The notes under the pieces were generated by a model. That model made no database searches. It had not been told where the DNA came from and saw nothing but the letters and a program-made list of their open reading frames with translations. DNA of 64,000 nt from sequence record LC788710.1. One strand, written 5' to 3'. The translations under genes and the position numbers were made by a program. Position 1 is the first letter of the stretch; each line of letters begins with the position of its first letter. Source of the DNA: Escherichia coli phage Wa28. Positions 11,801 through 21,400 of this stretch are shown one piece after another.

Positions 11801-12594
11801 TCAGCATCGAATCCATATGCAGAAGCAGAGGATGCCTGTCTCATTGCTTCTTCGAAGGAGATTGCATAACCAGCAGCCTCTTGTAGAGATCTAGCTAGAG
11901 TTTGTACAGGAGTACCTGTTTGAGTACCAACAATAGTACCAAACTTCTCAAGACGGTTTAACTGGTCACCCATCTTAAGCTGTTCGAATGCAGATTGTAG
12001 AACGAACACGTTAGACGCGATAGCAGCATACATAAGAGGTAAACTACCACCCACTTTAGCCATTGCTGCGAAGTCACGAGTAGCACCACGTGCTGAACCA
12101 GAAGTATTACCAATTGCACGACTAGCACGTCCTGCGGAGGTAGTTGTATCGTTAAAGCCTCTAGCAGTATTGCCTAGTGCTCGGTTAGTATCATATAATC
12201 TATCTTGAACTTTTTCGGTTGCAGCAGCTACATCATTACCCATAGCCTTAACAGATTTACCCACATGTGTAAATCCAGACTCTAGCTTCTCAGATACTTC
12301 GATCATAGCAAGGGCAAGATCATCTAGCTTATCACCAATACCTTCAATGGATTTAGTGATACCAGCCATACCTCTACTAGCCTGCATTTTAGTTAGACTT
12401 TTAGCTGCTCTATCCGCCGCCCTCTCAATGGAGTAAAGAGTTTTGGGCATTTTTCCTAACTGCTCATTAGTCAGTTCGGAAGCGGCAGCAGCATTTTCTA
12501 ACGCATCGGAAACGTTCTCAATAGATTTTGCAGTACGGGTTGCCCCTTTCTGCTTTACATCTATAAGTAGTTCTCGTATTAGCTTATCAGTCAT
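8884..12594 (-). CDS. tail tape measure protein (pb2-like)
   Basis: 1236 aa, long coiled-coil-rich Ala/Gln/Glu/Lys central region, hydrophobic C-terminal segment; largest ORF in tail module. Confidence 0.85.
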   Translation of the reverse strand: MTDKLIRELLIDVKQKGATRTAKSIENVSDALENAAAASELTNEQLGKMPKTLYSIERAADRAAKSLTKMQASRGMAGITKSIEGIGDKLDDLALAMIEVSEKLESGFTHVGKSVKAMGNDVAAATEKVQDRLYDTNRALGNTARGFNDTTTSAGRASRAIGNTSGSARGATRDFAAMAKVGGSLPLMYAAIASNVFVLQSAFEQLKMGDQLNRLEKFGTIVGTQTGTPVQTLARSLQEAAGYAISFEEAMRQASSASAYGFDAEQLNKFGLVARRAAAVLGVDMTDALNRVIKGVSKQEIELLDELGVTIRLNDAYADYVKQLNAANTGITYNVNSLSTFQKQQAYANAVIAESTKRFGYLDDVLRATPWEQFAANADAALRKVQQAAAKYLGPVIDSINAVFYTSQASISASAARAQEETNRQIDPANVGAVALSLSASEEGYNKALDMYKESLEKRNKLKADLDKRMQQADASTAGAIRLVAQGAPVGLAAGGFEVGGVRIGSSEENQKFIADTAALALQVERLDKEVEDSTGNLNAWKSAYQAAGAAAAKSNTAFQKQINLQKDANDPDAVYDFNSATLKGLTEQQKAYDQAKKTASDLANDIQNIAQNTNTAAKTSASLSDTIKTIESLSAGTGKNADEYVKSLNLGYNTLSEMKTASQALAGYVKLTGNETKNQLEVQQKIAEVYNQTKDKEKAQEAGRRLEIQQLEEQEAALKRVLETNKGNKAIENEIAKVQLERIKITNQDMEAQKKVKDYTDKILGVDREIALLNNRTMTDTQYRLAQLNLELTIEKEKYVWYSKQIDKQKEAEQSRRAQAQIEREIWKARLDNISRVAAKRQEAFENTLTGMYPLAGEMQKMEMQLEFYKQMKEFTKGNADEQMRWNSEISKTQAQMSALAAQRNAQMQQQVGSSVGATYTPTTGLSGDDKAFADMQNRMASYDQAISKLSELNSEATAVAQSMGNLTNAMIQFSQGSLDTTSLVAAGMQTVSSMIQYSVGQQVSAIDAAIAAEQKRDGKSEQSKAKIKKLEAEKLKIQQDAAKKQIIIQTAVAVMQAATAVPYPFSIPLMVAAGLAGAMALAQASSASGMSSIGDSGAETAGYLTLGERQKNVDVSMSANAGELSYIRGDQGIGNANSFVPRAEGGNMYPGVSYQMGEHGTEVITPMVPMKATPTDELKGSSKGTSGRPIVLNISTMDAASFRDFASSNSAAFRDAVEQALNENGTTLKSLGNS

Positions 12595-12608
12595 TTATTT
12601 TTCCCAAT

Positions 12609-12639
12609 AAAAAAGGCTCTGGGCAAATCACCCAGAGCC
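12609..12639 (-). terminator. rho-independent terminator/attenuator just upstream of tape measure start
   Basis: hairpin GGCTCTGGG-caaatca-CCCAGAGCC followed on minus strand by U6; shares TTTTTTATTGGGAAAAATAAATG leader with the site at 17629. Confidence 0.6.
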
Positions 12640-12674
12640 AAGCCTCATCGTGGAACGCCCATTGGAGGAAACTT

Positions 12675-13043
12675 TTACTGAGCTCGAGATCTAGCATGCG
12701 GTTTAATGTTCGGAGTACGACCATTAGGTTTACTATGCTTCTCGGCTCTCTTACGAGCTGCATCTACAGCTTTCGAATCAAATATATTGATGATGTGTAG
12801 AACAAACTCTTTCTCTATAGGATCAGTAATCCCATAGATATCAAATAAAACACCTAGTGCACTTTTGTCTTTTCCTATAAAGATAGGAAAGTCACCTGGT
12901 ATGAAACAGTCAATAAGACTGTTATAAATATTCATACTAGTAGATACAATAGGTGGAAAATCTTCGAGTTCAACAGGCATTGCCTTAGGATCAGGTTCAA
13001 TACCTAGTGACTCACAAAGCATTAAATATTGTTGTTTTGTCAT
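12675..13043 (-). CDS. putative tail assembly chaperone
   Basis: 122 aa ORF immediately upstream of tape measure gene; position only. Confidence 0.35.
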   Translation of the reverse strand: MTKQQYLMLCESLGIEPDPKAMPVELEDFPPIVSTSMNIYNSLIDCFIPGDFPIFIGKDKSALGVLFDIYGITDPIEKEFVLHIINIFDSKAVDAARKRAEKHSKPNGRTPNIKPHARSRAQ

Positions 13044-13104
13044 TTTAGATGCTGAGGATTTAATGCATTTATCTGCAAAATCGGCAACAGCATCTAGTAA
13101 CTGC

Positions 13105-13509
13105 TTACGCTTTTGAGCTACGAAAAGTGTCTAAGTGGAACACTGTCTGGTTGATCCAAGAATCAAACGCAGCAGAGTTCTGCATAAGCATGATAGCATT
13201 ATCGCGGCTAAATGGAACTTCAGTAGTAGGATCAGCTTCAGTTTCGATAAGCATCAGCTTCTCAACATCTCCAATCGTCAAGCCAGTCCAGCCAGCAATT
13301 GCAGTATCAACGAAAGCTTCAATAAACTTATCATCATCCTGAACCTGAATCATAGTACCGTTAACCCACTCATCACGCTTAGCGGAAGAGATAACACGCT
13401 TAGATGCAGCACGAGACATGTAGTTCAGTTGCAGCTTGAAGTTAGGCATACCTGGATAAGCCAGCTCAATAGTACGAGTTTCAAGGGTAATATCTTTTAA
13501 ATTGATCAT
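13105..13509 (-). CDS. putative tail assembly chaperone
   Basis: 134 aa ORF upstream of tape measure gene; position only. Confidence 0.35.
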   Translation of the reverse strand: MINLKDITLETRTIELAYPGMPNFKLQLNYMSRAASKRVISSAKRDEWVNGTMIQVQDDDKFIEAFVDTAIAGWTGLTIGDVEKLMLIETEADPTTEVPFSRDNAIMLMQNSAAFDSWINQTVFHLDTFRSSKA

Positions 13510-14405
13510 TTCTTTATTTCTCCAAAGAAGTCGATTCTTACCGGATCAGAGTCTGCAGTAGGGATTACATCCCATTCAACTCTGTATATATCCGAGAATT
13601 GTAGGCGTTTTGTTATACGTGCTGAAGGAAAGTCAATCGAAATATGTTCATTTCGGATGGTTAATGGTATGTCAGTTTCGGGTTCAATATTATAAAACAT
13701 ATCACCAGCAAATCGCTTAGTGTAGTAAAATGCAATTGTTGCCGAAGCATTCATCTCATTAACATAAGCTCTCTTATTATTATATATTTTGTTTATGTCA
13801 AATACGCTTTTATCTTCTCTCCAAGAACATTGTTGCTGGAATGACATAGAAGCGGATAAAAGAGCCGGTAAAACGTTACTGTTAGTAGATACTCTAGGAG
13901 GACTATATGACATAACTTCACCCTGAACAATAGAACCAGCAGGAGTAAAAGTAGACACCTCAGAGAACTTACCAGATTCAATTCCTACGTTTAGAATAGG
14001 AACGCTTTTATCTAGAGAAAAGTCTACAGTAGATACATAGCAATTCTCAAAATACACACAGTTATTATCTTTATTAACTATGTATATATTAAACATTGTT
14101 GGCTCAATATTTGTACTATAAAGTGGTAGTAGGAATGTGTTACCCTCTCGGTCAAAGCCCATCCATTCAAAGAAGTTAGCTTCAGTAAGGGTATTACTAA
14201 AATTTATAGCCAGCGATATTGAAGATGGAGTTTGTGCATTAATAATAGAGTCAGCATAGTTGGTTCTACGATGGATAGTCCTACGAAGAGTTTTAAATTC
14301 CTCATAGGACGTATTGATATCGTAATTTGACAGGGCATCAAAATGATAAGCCCTGCCATCATACTCAACTATAACTTTTGACTCCCTCATTAGAGAGTAG
14401 TACAT
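13506..14405 (-). CDS. tail protein of unknown function
   Basis: 299 aa ORF between tail tube and chaperone genes. Confidence 0.4.
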   Translation of the reverse strand: MYYSLMRESKVIVEYDGRAYHFDALSNYDINTSYEEFKTLRRTIHRRTNYADSIINAQTPSSISLAINFSNTLTEANFFEWMGFDREGNTFLLPLYSTNIEPTMFNIYIVNKDNNCVYFENCYVSTVDFSLDKSVPILNVGIESGKFSEVSTFTPAGSIVQGEVMSYSPPRVSTNSNVLPALLSASMSFQQQCSWREDKSVFDINKIYNNKRAYVNEMNASATIAFYYTKRFAGDMFYNIEPETDIPLTIRNEHISIDFPSARITKRLQFSDIYRVEWDVIPTADSDPVRIDFFGEIKK

Positions 14406-14409
14406 TTAA

Positions 14410-15819
14410 TTAGCCACCAGAAGCAGTAACTGTAATGCTCTTAGTACCTTCTACACCAGAACCATCTTTAGCTACGGCTTTCACAGTAACTGCACCAGTC
14501 TTAGAAGCATCAGCGGTCAGTAAACCAGAAGTTGCATCAATAGTAGCAGCAGTACCGGAGGAAATAGACCAAGTTACTTCCTTATTAGTAGCTTCAGCAG
14601 GCAAAATATCTACAGTCATCTGAAGAGTTGCACTATTATCAACGGAAGCTGCATCACCAGCGGATTTAACAGTAATACCTGTTACCTTAACCGGAGCTGC
14701 TTTACCACCGTCACCAGTTGCAATCAGATTTGCAATAGTAGTTTTGGTGTACTTATTAGAGAAACCAAGATAACCTTCATCACCAGTATCCAGATCAGTA
14801 GGAATTGCTTTGAACTCTACAGAAGTACCAAGTACATCGTCAGTCTCAATAGTTGGGATGTTTACGTGAGCTTGCTTAGCAACCAGAACAGCAGCAGGGC
14901 GCTCATCGTCATATTCACCACCAAGTACTAGAGCGATTTCGAAACGGTTAACTACTTTCAGGGTCTTAATTAGATCTTTGTACAGATCCATAGAACCTAG
15001 AGCTTTATCGTTAAGATAAGCAGTTAGAGAACCAGTTAATTCGAATGCACCAGTAAATGAACCGATTGGGATGTTAACACGGGACATGACGTTCGGAGTC
15101 AGATAGGTGATGTTGTTGTTGATTGTAAAGCTACCACCAGTGATCGGAATGTCATACGCCTTACCAGTATCCATATCCTTAATTTTGAGGATAGTCAGTT
15201 TGTTCTTGATGTAAGAACCCTGGATAGTCATGTAAGTTTCATCATCAATACCTACAGTATCAGGATCAAATGGGGCAGCATCCAGAGGGATTAGCTGGTT
15301 ACCATTACCTGACCAAGTTACACGACCGATATCTTCGATATCAACGTTTACTTCAGCCTGGTTGATCTGACAGGAATCGATATAACTCCATGCTTTATCA
15401 GTAAGGATGTAAATGTGCAGCATTGCCAGTTCGTGGTATGCGTTATCCTTAAAGTTAACCATGAAGTTAGTTTCGTTAGTGTGAGCACCTGTATCGCCAT
15501 CTAGGTTGATAGGCTTACCACTAGAAAGAGCATGCCACAGCATGTAGTCCGGAACGATCTGCTTACTAGTAGTCTTATCTAAGTAAGGCAGGATGTAAGT
15601 AGAGAAACTCCACTCAGCTGCGTTCAGGGAGTCGTTGAAACGTTTTGAACCACGAGTTGGACGCGGACCAGCTTCGTTAACAGTAATATCGGTTGAGTTA
15701 CTGTCCTGACCCCAAGAAATATCATCTTGAACTAGAATCTCTTGCGTGTTGGTCTTATCGTGACCAGTCTTAACCGTAGACACGAAGATTCGAGTATTAC
15801 GTAATAGTTGTAAAGACAT
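14410..15819 (-). CDS. major tail tube protein (pb6-like) with C-terminal Ig-like domain
   Basis: 469 aa; C-terminal ~90 aa has Big_2-like Ig repeat features (VTGITV...TVKAVAKDGSG...TVTASGG); synteny. Confidence 0.75.
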   Translation of the reverse strand: MSLQLLRNTRIFVSTVKTGHDKTNTQEILVQDDISWGQDSNSTDITVNEAGPRPTRGSKRFNDSLNAAEWSFSTYILPYLDKTTSKQIVPDYMLWHALSSGKPINLDGDTGAHTNETNFMVNFKDNAYHELAMLHIYILTDKAWSYIDSCQINQAEVNVDIEDIGRVTWSGNGNQLIPLDAAPFDPDTVGIDDETYMTIQGSYIKNKLTILKIKDMDTGKAYDIPITGGSFTINNNITYLTPNVMSRVNIPIGSFTGAFELTGSLTAYLNDKALGSMDLYKDLIKTLKVVNRFEIALVLGGEYDDERPAAVLVAKQAHVNIPTIETDDVLGTSVEFKAIPTDLDTGDEGYLGFSNKYTKTTIANLIATGDGGKAAPVKVTGITVKSAGDAASVDNSATLQMTVDILPAEATNKEVTWSISSGTAATIDATSGLLTADASKTGAVTVKAVAKDGSGVEGTKSITVTASGG

Positions 15820-15845
15820 TTATTTATATTCTCCTAATCTGTAAC

Positions 15846-16331
15846 TTATCTGCGAAGTGCCCTACGAGGTGGCTGATACCTCACTGTTACATTTATTTCC
15901 GCTAAACCATATGGGGCCAGTAGACCCTCATCTGTAGCTACTGAGGTGATGCTCATATCAGTTGCCTCACATGGGAAGGTCGATCCATTAGGTTTACTAA
16001 CAGTATATTCTAAATTTCCACCTGTGTCAATGACGGTTTTTATGTCAGCTACGAGTTTTTCAAGTTGCTCTTGAATATCTGTTTTCTCTTTGTCATACAC
16101 GAGGATTGGAAGTTCTAAAAACATCCACTGTTGGCCTGAGGGAAGATACTGCCCAGTTTCAGTTCCGATATGGACTGCCACATAAGGAAATTCTCGGATT
16201 TCCTCGAATTTATAAGTTTGACGAGAAACGTTTCCATAAAGGTTATTGAAATACTCGTCAGGTTGTGAACCATCCATTTGTGTGGCGATTCGGTCAACCA
16301 CTGCTTGTGCAATACTTGTTCTGTGATCCAT
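15846..16331 (-). CDS. putative tail terminator / tail completion protein
   Basis: 161 aa ORF immediately upstream of tail tube gene. Confidence 0.4.
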   Translation of the reverse strand: MDHRTSIAQAVVDRIATQMDGSQPDEYFNNLYGNVSRQTYKFEEIREFPYVAVHIGTETGQYLPSGQQWMFLELPILVYDKEKTDIQEQLEKLVADIKTVIDTGGNLEYTVSKPNGSTFPCEATDMSITSVATDEGLLAPYGLAEINVTVRYQPPRRALRR

Positions 16332-16334
16332 TTA

Positions 16335-17102
16335 CTAGGTTCCTTGATTAACCTTGATTTTATATCTAGAGTGAATCAGGTCTCTTGCAGCTTTTGCGAT
16401 TGCTTCCCCAATAAGTTTTTGAGGGTTTCGAGCGCCAGGGTAAGGTCGTAGAGAAAGTCTTCGATATGTAGAAACTGCGGGGTTGAACACAGAGTAAGGA
16501 CGAACCATATAGTTATACGTCACATTCAGCTCTGGAGCACCTTTACTAGTTTCTGCATCACGTAGCATAACGTCTTTAATCTTTAAGGAGTTAGCAAAGC
16601 GACCAGTTCTGAACTTCAATGGTGCCCCTGCTTTTTTCATATCCTTGATTAAGTATTCCTTAGCTACTATCTCAAGAATAGCACGCATGTTACTATTCGA
16701 TACGAAACGACCGGAAGTACCTGTTACTGCACCAGAATAGCCATCTTCAGTATCTCTAGGATCTCCAAAGTTTACCTGAACTCTACCGGTAGAACGTTTT
16801 TTACCAACGGCGGAACGTTTACCTGCGGTTGCTTGAATTAGATTCTCTAGAGCACCTAAATCACCAGAAAGATCTAAGTTAGAAGAAACAGCCTTCAGTA
16901 TAGATGCTGTCCTAACATTTAATAAGTCTTGTGATACTGGTTTCGAGAATTTGAAAGATACCTGTGCAACTGTACCATCTCTTGTAGGATCTTTCAAACC
17001 TGTCTCAACTGTATACACAACAGTATTCTTATTATTCTCAGATCGTCCTGCAGTATCTAGCTGCTCTTTAATAATTTGTCTAGCTAGGTCAGAAAGAGCC
17101 AT
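16335..17102 (-). CDS. putative head-tail connector / head completion protein
   Basis: 255 aa ORF between capsid and tail genes. Confidence 0.35.
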   Translation of the reverse strand: MALSDLARQIIKEQLDTAGRSENNKNTVVYTVETGLKDPTRDGTVAQVSFKFSKPVSQDLLNVRTASILKAVSSNLDLSGDLGALENLIQATAGKRSAVGKKRSTGRVQVNFGDPRDTEDGYSGAVTGTSGRFVSNSNMRAILEIVAKEYLIKDMKKAGAPLKFRTGRFANSLKIKDVMLRDAETSKGAPELNVTYNYMVRPYSVFNPAVSTYRRLSLRPYPGARNPQKLIGEAIAKAARDLIHSRYKIKVNQGT

Positions 17103-17614
17103 TATACTCTCCTGTAGACTTCGATGATTGTACGAATATGCTCTGGAATACCAGACTTAGTATTGTTAAACGTAACTGTCTCACCACCAATAGTCTTGGC
17201 TTGACGATAATCTTGCTTATGCCAGTGATCTACTAACAGACATGCTGCCAGTTTAAGATCTTCAGGCATTGGATTGAAACCACCTTGAGTATACTCTACA
17301 TCCATATATCCTTCAGGAGGATTAAACTTAAGGAGAATAACACCATCAGGATACAGTTTAAACTGTTCCGGGTCTATTTCATTCTCGTTAATAGTCATCT
17401 TTGTAATAGATGTGGCTGAGGGAGAACTCAGGAAATATTTCCTACGGCTAGGTTTTGTAGTGATTAATTGATCTACCGCATCTGCATCATCCATACCTAG
17501 AAGGCTTGTAATCAGCGTATTGGCAGCTTTAATCATCATCTCAACCTGAGTTTCCATATCAGGTCGCTTTGCATTAGCATATAGTCTGTAGTCTTCAACA
17601 GTGATGATTTGCAT
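17102..17614 (-). CDS. putative head completion / adaptor protein
   Basis: 170 aa ORF downstream of major capsid gene. Confidence 0.35.
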   Translation of the reverse strand: MQIITVEDYRLYANAKRPDMETQVEMMIKAANTLITSLLGMDDADAVDQLITTKPSRRKYFLSSPSATSITKMTINENEIDPEQFKLYPDGVILLKFNPPEGYMDVEYTQGGFNPMPEDLKLAACLLVDHWHKQDYRQAKTIGGETVTFNNTKSGIPEHIRTIIEVYRRV

Positions 17615-17628
17615 TTATTTTTCCCAAT

Positions 17629-17652
17629 AAAAAAGGAGAGCCGAAGCTCTCC
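17629..17652 (-). terminator. rho-independent terminator after major capsid gene
   Basis: hairpin GGAGAGC-cgaa-GCTCTCC (UUCG tetraloop on the transcript) followed by U6 on minus strand. Confidence 0.65.
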
Positions 17653-17673
17653 TTATCGGCTGAAAAGCCTGTA

Positions 17674-19050
17674 TTAAGATGCAGCGTAAGCACCAGATAC
17701 AACGCCGTTTTCGAAGTAACGTTGCAGGTTAACACGCTGGGTAACGTAGTATGCGTCACGCTGTTTGCCAGCTTGGCGCTCACGTTCAACAGTAACGGCA
17801 CGCTGACGCGGCATTACGAAGTTATCTTTATAAACAATAACTGCGAATTCAGCGGAAGCAGCTTTAGCTGGGAAGTACTCAGAAACTACAACCGGCAGAC
17901 CGTAAATACGACCAACCTGACCCTGCAGTTTAACAGCATCGTTACCAACCTGGGCAACATCCTGCCATTCTTCATCTTCCAGCAGATCGTAGTAAGCATC
18001 CATAGATACGATCAGTACCAGTTTGCTCAGTTTCAGACCGTGACGGCCCAGTTTACGACGCAGCTTGGAGATAGTCTTAGCAGTTACCAGAACAGAACCG
18101 TCAGCTTTAGCTTCGGTAACAACCTTAGCACCATCATCAGCAGCCAGTTTCAGCAGACCCTTAGGCTGACCAGTACCATTACCGGACATGAAAGCTTCTT
18201 CGATAGAAACAGCGTGTGCTTCGATCAGACGCTTACGCAGCAGAGGCAGTAGGGAGAAGATTGCATCTTCTTCAGTTTCATCAGTGATGAAGGACTTAGC
18301 AGCCAGCTTGTAAGTTTTGAAGCTGATTTCAGTCAGTTGACCTTTAACTTCGTCACCAACAGTTTCGTCAGTACCGAATTTGGAAGCATCTACCCAAGTA
18401 GCACGACCAGCTTCTGGTTCAACGAGCATAGTAAGGATTTTGCTGGACATTGGCAGTTCATCGAACAGTGCACCAACTACCAGTTCCTTCTGCAGGTCAC
18501 GGATAATACGGGTAGAGAAGATAGTTTCGTATGCTTCGCTAGACATGGAAACGGAAGAAGAACCGTTAACAGCTTTAACGTGAGCCTTACCATGTTCAGT
18601 TTCGAATACGTCTTTCTCCATCATATAAGACAGAAGAACCAGTTTCTCAACTTCATCTTCGAAAGCATCCTGAGTGCCATAAAGAGCTTTAGCTACGCTA
18701 TCACCAACGAAGGAACGACCTTCACGAGCTGCCAACAGAGACTTGATTTCGTCCTGAAGACCAACGATGGTTTCCTGTTGCTTTTCTACAGTCTGTGCAA
18801 ACAGTTCTGCGCTCTTCTTAGACTTCTCATCCAGGTTCTTAACCAGATCCAGAGCTTCTTCCAGACGCTTACGGTCTTCACCAACAGCTTTAGATACTAG
18901 GTCGTTCATACGAGCCAGTTCTTTTTCTTCCTGCTCTTCACGCAGACGCTTAGCTTCCGCAGCTTTCTGAGCAGCAGTCAGACCTTCCAGAGATTTAGCC
19001 AGATCACCCAGACCAAGTTCTTCCTTCAGCTTATTAATATCAATAGTCAT
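17674..19050 (-). CDS. major capsid protein precursor (pb8-like, HK97 fold) with N-terminal scaffolding delta domain
   Basis: 458 aa; N-terminal ~150 aa charged coiled coil then capsid-like body; higher GC and codon bias typical of a highly expressed gene; terminator follows. Confidence 0.8.
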   Translation of the reverse strand: MTIDINKLKEELGLGDLAKSLEGLTAAQKAAEAKRLREEQEEKELARMNDLVSKAVGEDRKRLEEALDLVKNLDEKSKKSAELFAQTVEKQQETIVGLQDEIKSLLAAREGRSFVGDSVAKALYGTQDAFEDEVEKLVLLSYMMEKDVFETEHGKAHVKAVNGSSSVSMSSEAYETIFSTRIIRDLQKELVVGALFDELPMSSKILTMLVEPEAGRATWVDASKFGTDETVGDEVKGQLTEISFKTYKLAAKSFITDETEEDAIFSLLPLLRKRLIEAHAVSIEEAFMSGNGTGQPKGLLKLAADDGAKVVTEAKADGSVLVTAKTISKLRRKLGRHGLKLSKLVLIVSMDAYYDLLEDEEWQDVAQVGNDAVKLQGQVGRIYGLPVVVSEYFPAKAASAEFAVIVYKDNFVMPRQRAVTVERERQAGKQRDAYYVTQRVNLQRYFENGVVSGAYAAS

Positions 19051-19067
19051 TTTTAAATAATTCTCCG

Positions 19068-19700
19068 TTATTCTTTAACGTAGCCTAAAGCTATCGCAAG
19101 TTTTTCTAGTTCAGAAAGATTACGTTCTTGAGCTGGGACAGCCTTAGAACTTGTTGCAGTAAAAGATTTGCGCCATTCAGTGTAATCGTGGCCATTCATA
19201 CTCTTAGCGAGGTTGAACGTTGAGTCCTGATTACAGGGTACAGAAACTACCGAAACTTCGTATAGTTCTAAATCTTTAATAATAAATATGTCAGTAGCTT
19301 CATCCCATTCTGCGTCTAGGCAGCGGAATCCGATACTGAAGGTTTTCAGTACACCGTTTTTAATTAGTGAGAAGATAGCTGGATCAGAACTTTCATAAAT
19401 CTCGCATTCAATTTCGAGACCCATTTCAGTAGGGTTAAGATCAATACACTTGCCGATTGGACGACGATGGTCGTGGCCGAAAAGAATAATCGGGTTTTTC
19501 ATGTAGTTAGCAAGTGCATTAGACGTTTTCCATGCCGAAGCAGGAATTACGTCACCAGCGCGATCTTTACTAATTGTATTAGCGAATCCACGGATTTTTA
19601 CAACACCCTCTTTGGATTCGCTATCAATAGACTTAATGTAAGCGTCTAAATGAACCGGTGCTGATTTTAACTTGTTATAGTCAATAGCAGCATTTGTCAT
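19068..19700 (-). CDS. prohead maturation protease
   Basis: 210 aa ORF directly upstream of capsid gene; synteny. Confidence 0.6.
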   Translation of the reverse strand: MTNAAIDYNKLKSAPVHLDAYIKSIDSESKEGVVKIRGFANTISKDRAGDVIPASAWKTSNALANYMKNPIILFGHDHRRPIGKCIDLNPTEMGLEIECEIYESSDPAIFSLIKNGVLKTFSIGFRCLDAEWDEATDIFIIKDLELYEVSVVSVPCNQDSTFNLAKSMNGHDYTEWRKSFTATSSKAVPAQERNLSELEKLAIALGYVKE

Positions 19701-19703
19701 TTA

Positions 19704-20186
19704 TTAAGCCTCCGGCGCAGGGTTGATAGTTGTTACACACTCATTAGAAGTAATGGAAGTAGATTTACTATCCGTTACAACAACTTTGTAAGTACCAGCA
19801 TCTTCTGCAGCAGCTGTAGCTTTGTTGAAGTTAGGGCCAGTAACACCACTAAGTGGAGAACCGTCTTTAGTCCAAGCATAAGTATATGGTGCAGTACCAC
19901 CAGTAACTGTTACGCCCAGATTAATTGCTGCACCAGTATCAACAGCTAGAGTTTTAGCCAGATTCTTCGTGAAAGCTAGAGCCGGAACAACCGGAGCAGT
20001 AACTTCGTATTCTTCTTTGAACTTATTCCAAACCTTGCGGTTGGTATGTGCAGTGGTCATTCCAAACTCTTTACGTAGAGTAGCGTAGTTTGGAACGAAC
20101 TTGTGTGCTGCAACCGTAGCAAAGAAGATATGAGATTCTGGCAGCTTTTCACCAAAAATGGCCTTTAGACCATCATAATCAATCAT
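19704..20186 (-). CDS. Ig-like domain capsid decoration protein (pb10-like)
   Basis: 160 aa; C-terminal Ig-like motif TVTGGTAPYTYAWTKDGSPL...AGTYKVVVTD. Confidence 0.55.
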   Translation of the reverse strand: MIDYDGLKAIFGEKLPESHIFFATVAAHKFVPNYATLRKEFGMTTAHTNRKVWNKFKEEYEVTAPVVPALAFTKNLAKTLAVDTGAAINLGVTVTGGTAPYTYAWTKDGSPLSGVTGPNFNKATAAAEDAGTYKVVVTDSKSTSITSNECVTTINPAPEA

Positions 20187-21400
20187 TCTTTATCCCCATC
20201 GGCAGTGCCTTGCGGTCTACCACCTTCTTGACCAGATACACCTGTTGCAGAACCAGCAACGTTAGCAGGAATACGAATCTTATTCATCTGCTCATCATCT
20301 AAAGGTTCAAGGTTAAGCTCTTCACGAGCCTCGTTACCAGTCATGATACCGTTATTAACCAAAGAGGTTAAATGTTTAGCCTCAGCTTCTTTATCTGGCG
20401 TCAGTGCAGCTACTTCCTTAGTATTAGGAGTAACCTTGTAGCCAAAGAAGAAAGTAAGAGAACTAGTCAGCTTGTTCAGCATAGGAATGATAGTCATGTA
20501 ATAGAACAATTCGATGTTTGGTCGAATGTTAGCATTATTACCGCCATCAAGTAACACTTGCGGAACACCAAAGGCAAGACAGATGGATTTATTAAATCCT
20601 TCGATATCTTCCTTGAAGTCTAGATCTTTAAAAGAGGATATTTGGGAGTACGGTTTTGCTTTCATACCACCATCTAGAATCAGGACAGTAGACTGACCTG
20701 TACTAGGATTATAATCGAGTTGTAATTCTTCTTGTTTACGCTCACGCAATTTCTTGTTCAGGATTTCATCCGTCTCAAGAATAAGACCAATCACAGTGCC
20801 GTTATCGAGGAACTTCTCTTTAAAGTTAAGCATTTTAGAACGCTTCTCAAGAGAGTCAATAACTGTAGCAACACGAGATTGTCCAGAAATTTGGGAGTTT
20901 GTGCCACACACGTAACTGTTATCCTTTATAAAGATAATCTCATCTACGCGATAGTCTATCTGGTTATTAAATATGAATTTTTTGATAAACTTATTGGCAT
21001 CTGCCTCTACTTGCATTAGTGCAGCAGGGACATGGTAAAGTGCTGTGCCATCCCAATAGATGTATGCACAACCCTCAAAAAGTAGGTCAGTGACTACAAG
21101 TCTACGGAATGTGCTTATATCCATGAATGGATTAGGTCGTACATTTAAGAGAGTGTCTAGAGTCTTTGCCTTGACGCCATTAGCGTACGTGACAATATTA
21201 TATTTATCTCCGACAGTATAAGAACACTCCGCCGCACTATCGATAACCATGTTAGCAGTTCGGTTGAGAATCTCAATCTTACTGTAGGCTTGTCCAGTGG
21301 TAAATGGCTTACGGTTAGTGCGATGACTAACTGGTTCCATGTCTCTTATAATACGTTGACCCGGATTTAGCTTTTCAGTAATCCAGCTTTTTAAACCCAT
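20183..21400 (-). CDS. portal protein
   Basis: 405 aa ORF between terminase/HNH and protease; synteny and size. Confidence 0.7.
   Translation of the reverse strand: MGLKSWITEKLNPGQRIIRDMEPVSHRTNRKPFTTGQAYSKIEILNRTANMVIDSAAECSYTVGDKYNIVTYANGVKAKTLDTLLNVRPNPFMDISTFRRLVVTDLLFEGCAYIYWDGTALYHVPAALMQVEADANKFIKKFIFNNQIDYRVDEIIFIKDNSYVCGTNSQISGQSRVATVIDSLEKRSKMLNFKEKFLDNGTVIGLILETDEILNKKLRERKQEELQLDYNPSTGQSTVLILDGGMKAKPYSQISSFKDLDFKEDIEGFNKSICLAFGVPQVLLDGGNNANIRPNIELFYYMTIIPMLNKLTSSLTFFFGYKVTPNTKEVAALTPDKEAEAKHLTSLVNNGIMTGNEAREELNLEPLDDEQMNKIRIPANVAGSATGVSGQEGGRPQGTADGDKE

Noticed and set aside
17722-18900. Plus-strand ORFs of 176 and 187 aa antisense to the major capsid gene
   Set aside because: Lie entirely within the well-supported capsid gene on the other strand; composition typical of antisense shadow frames; not retained.
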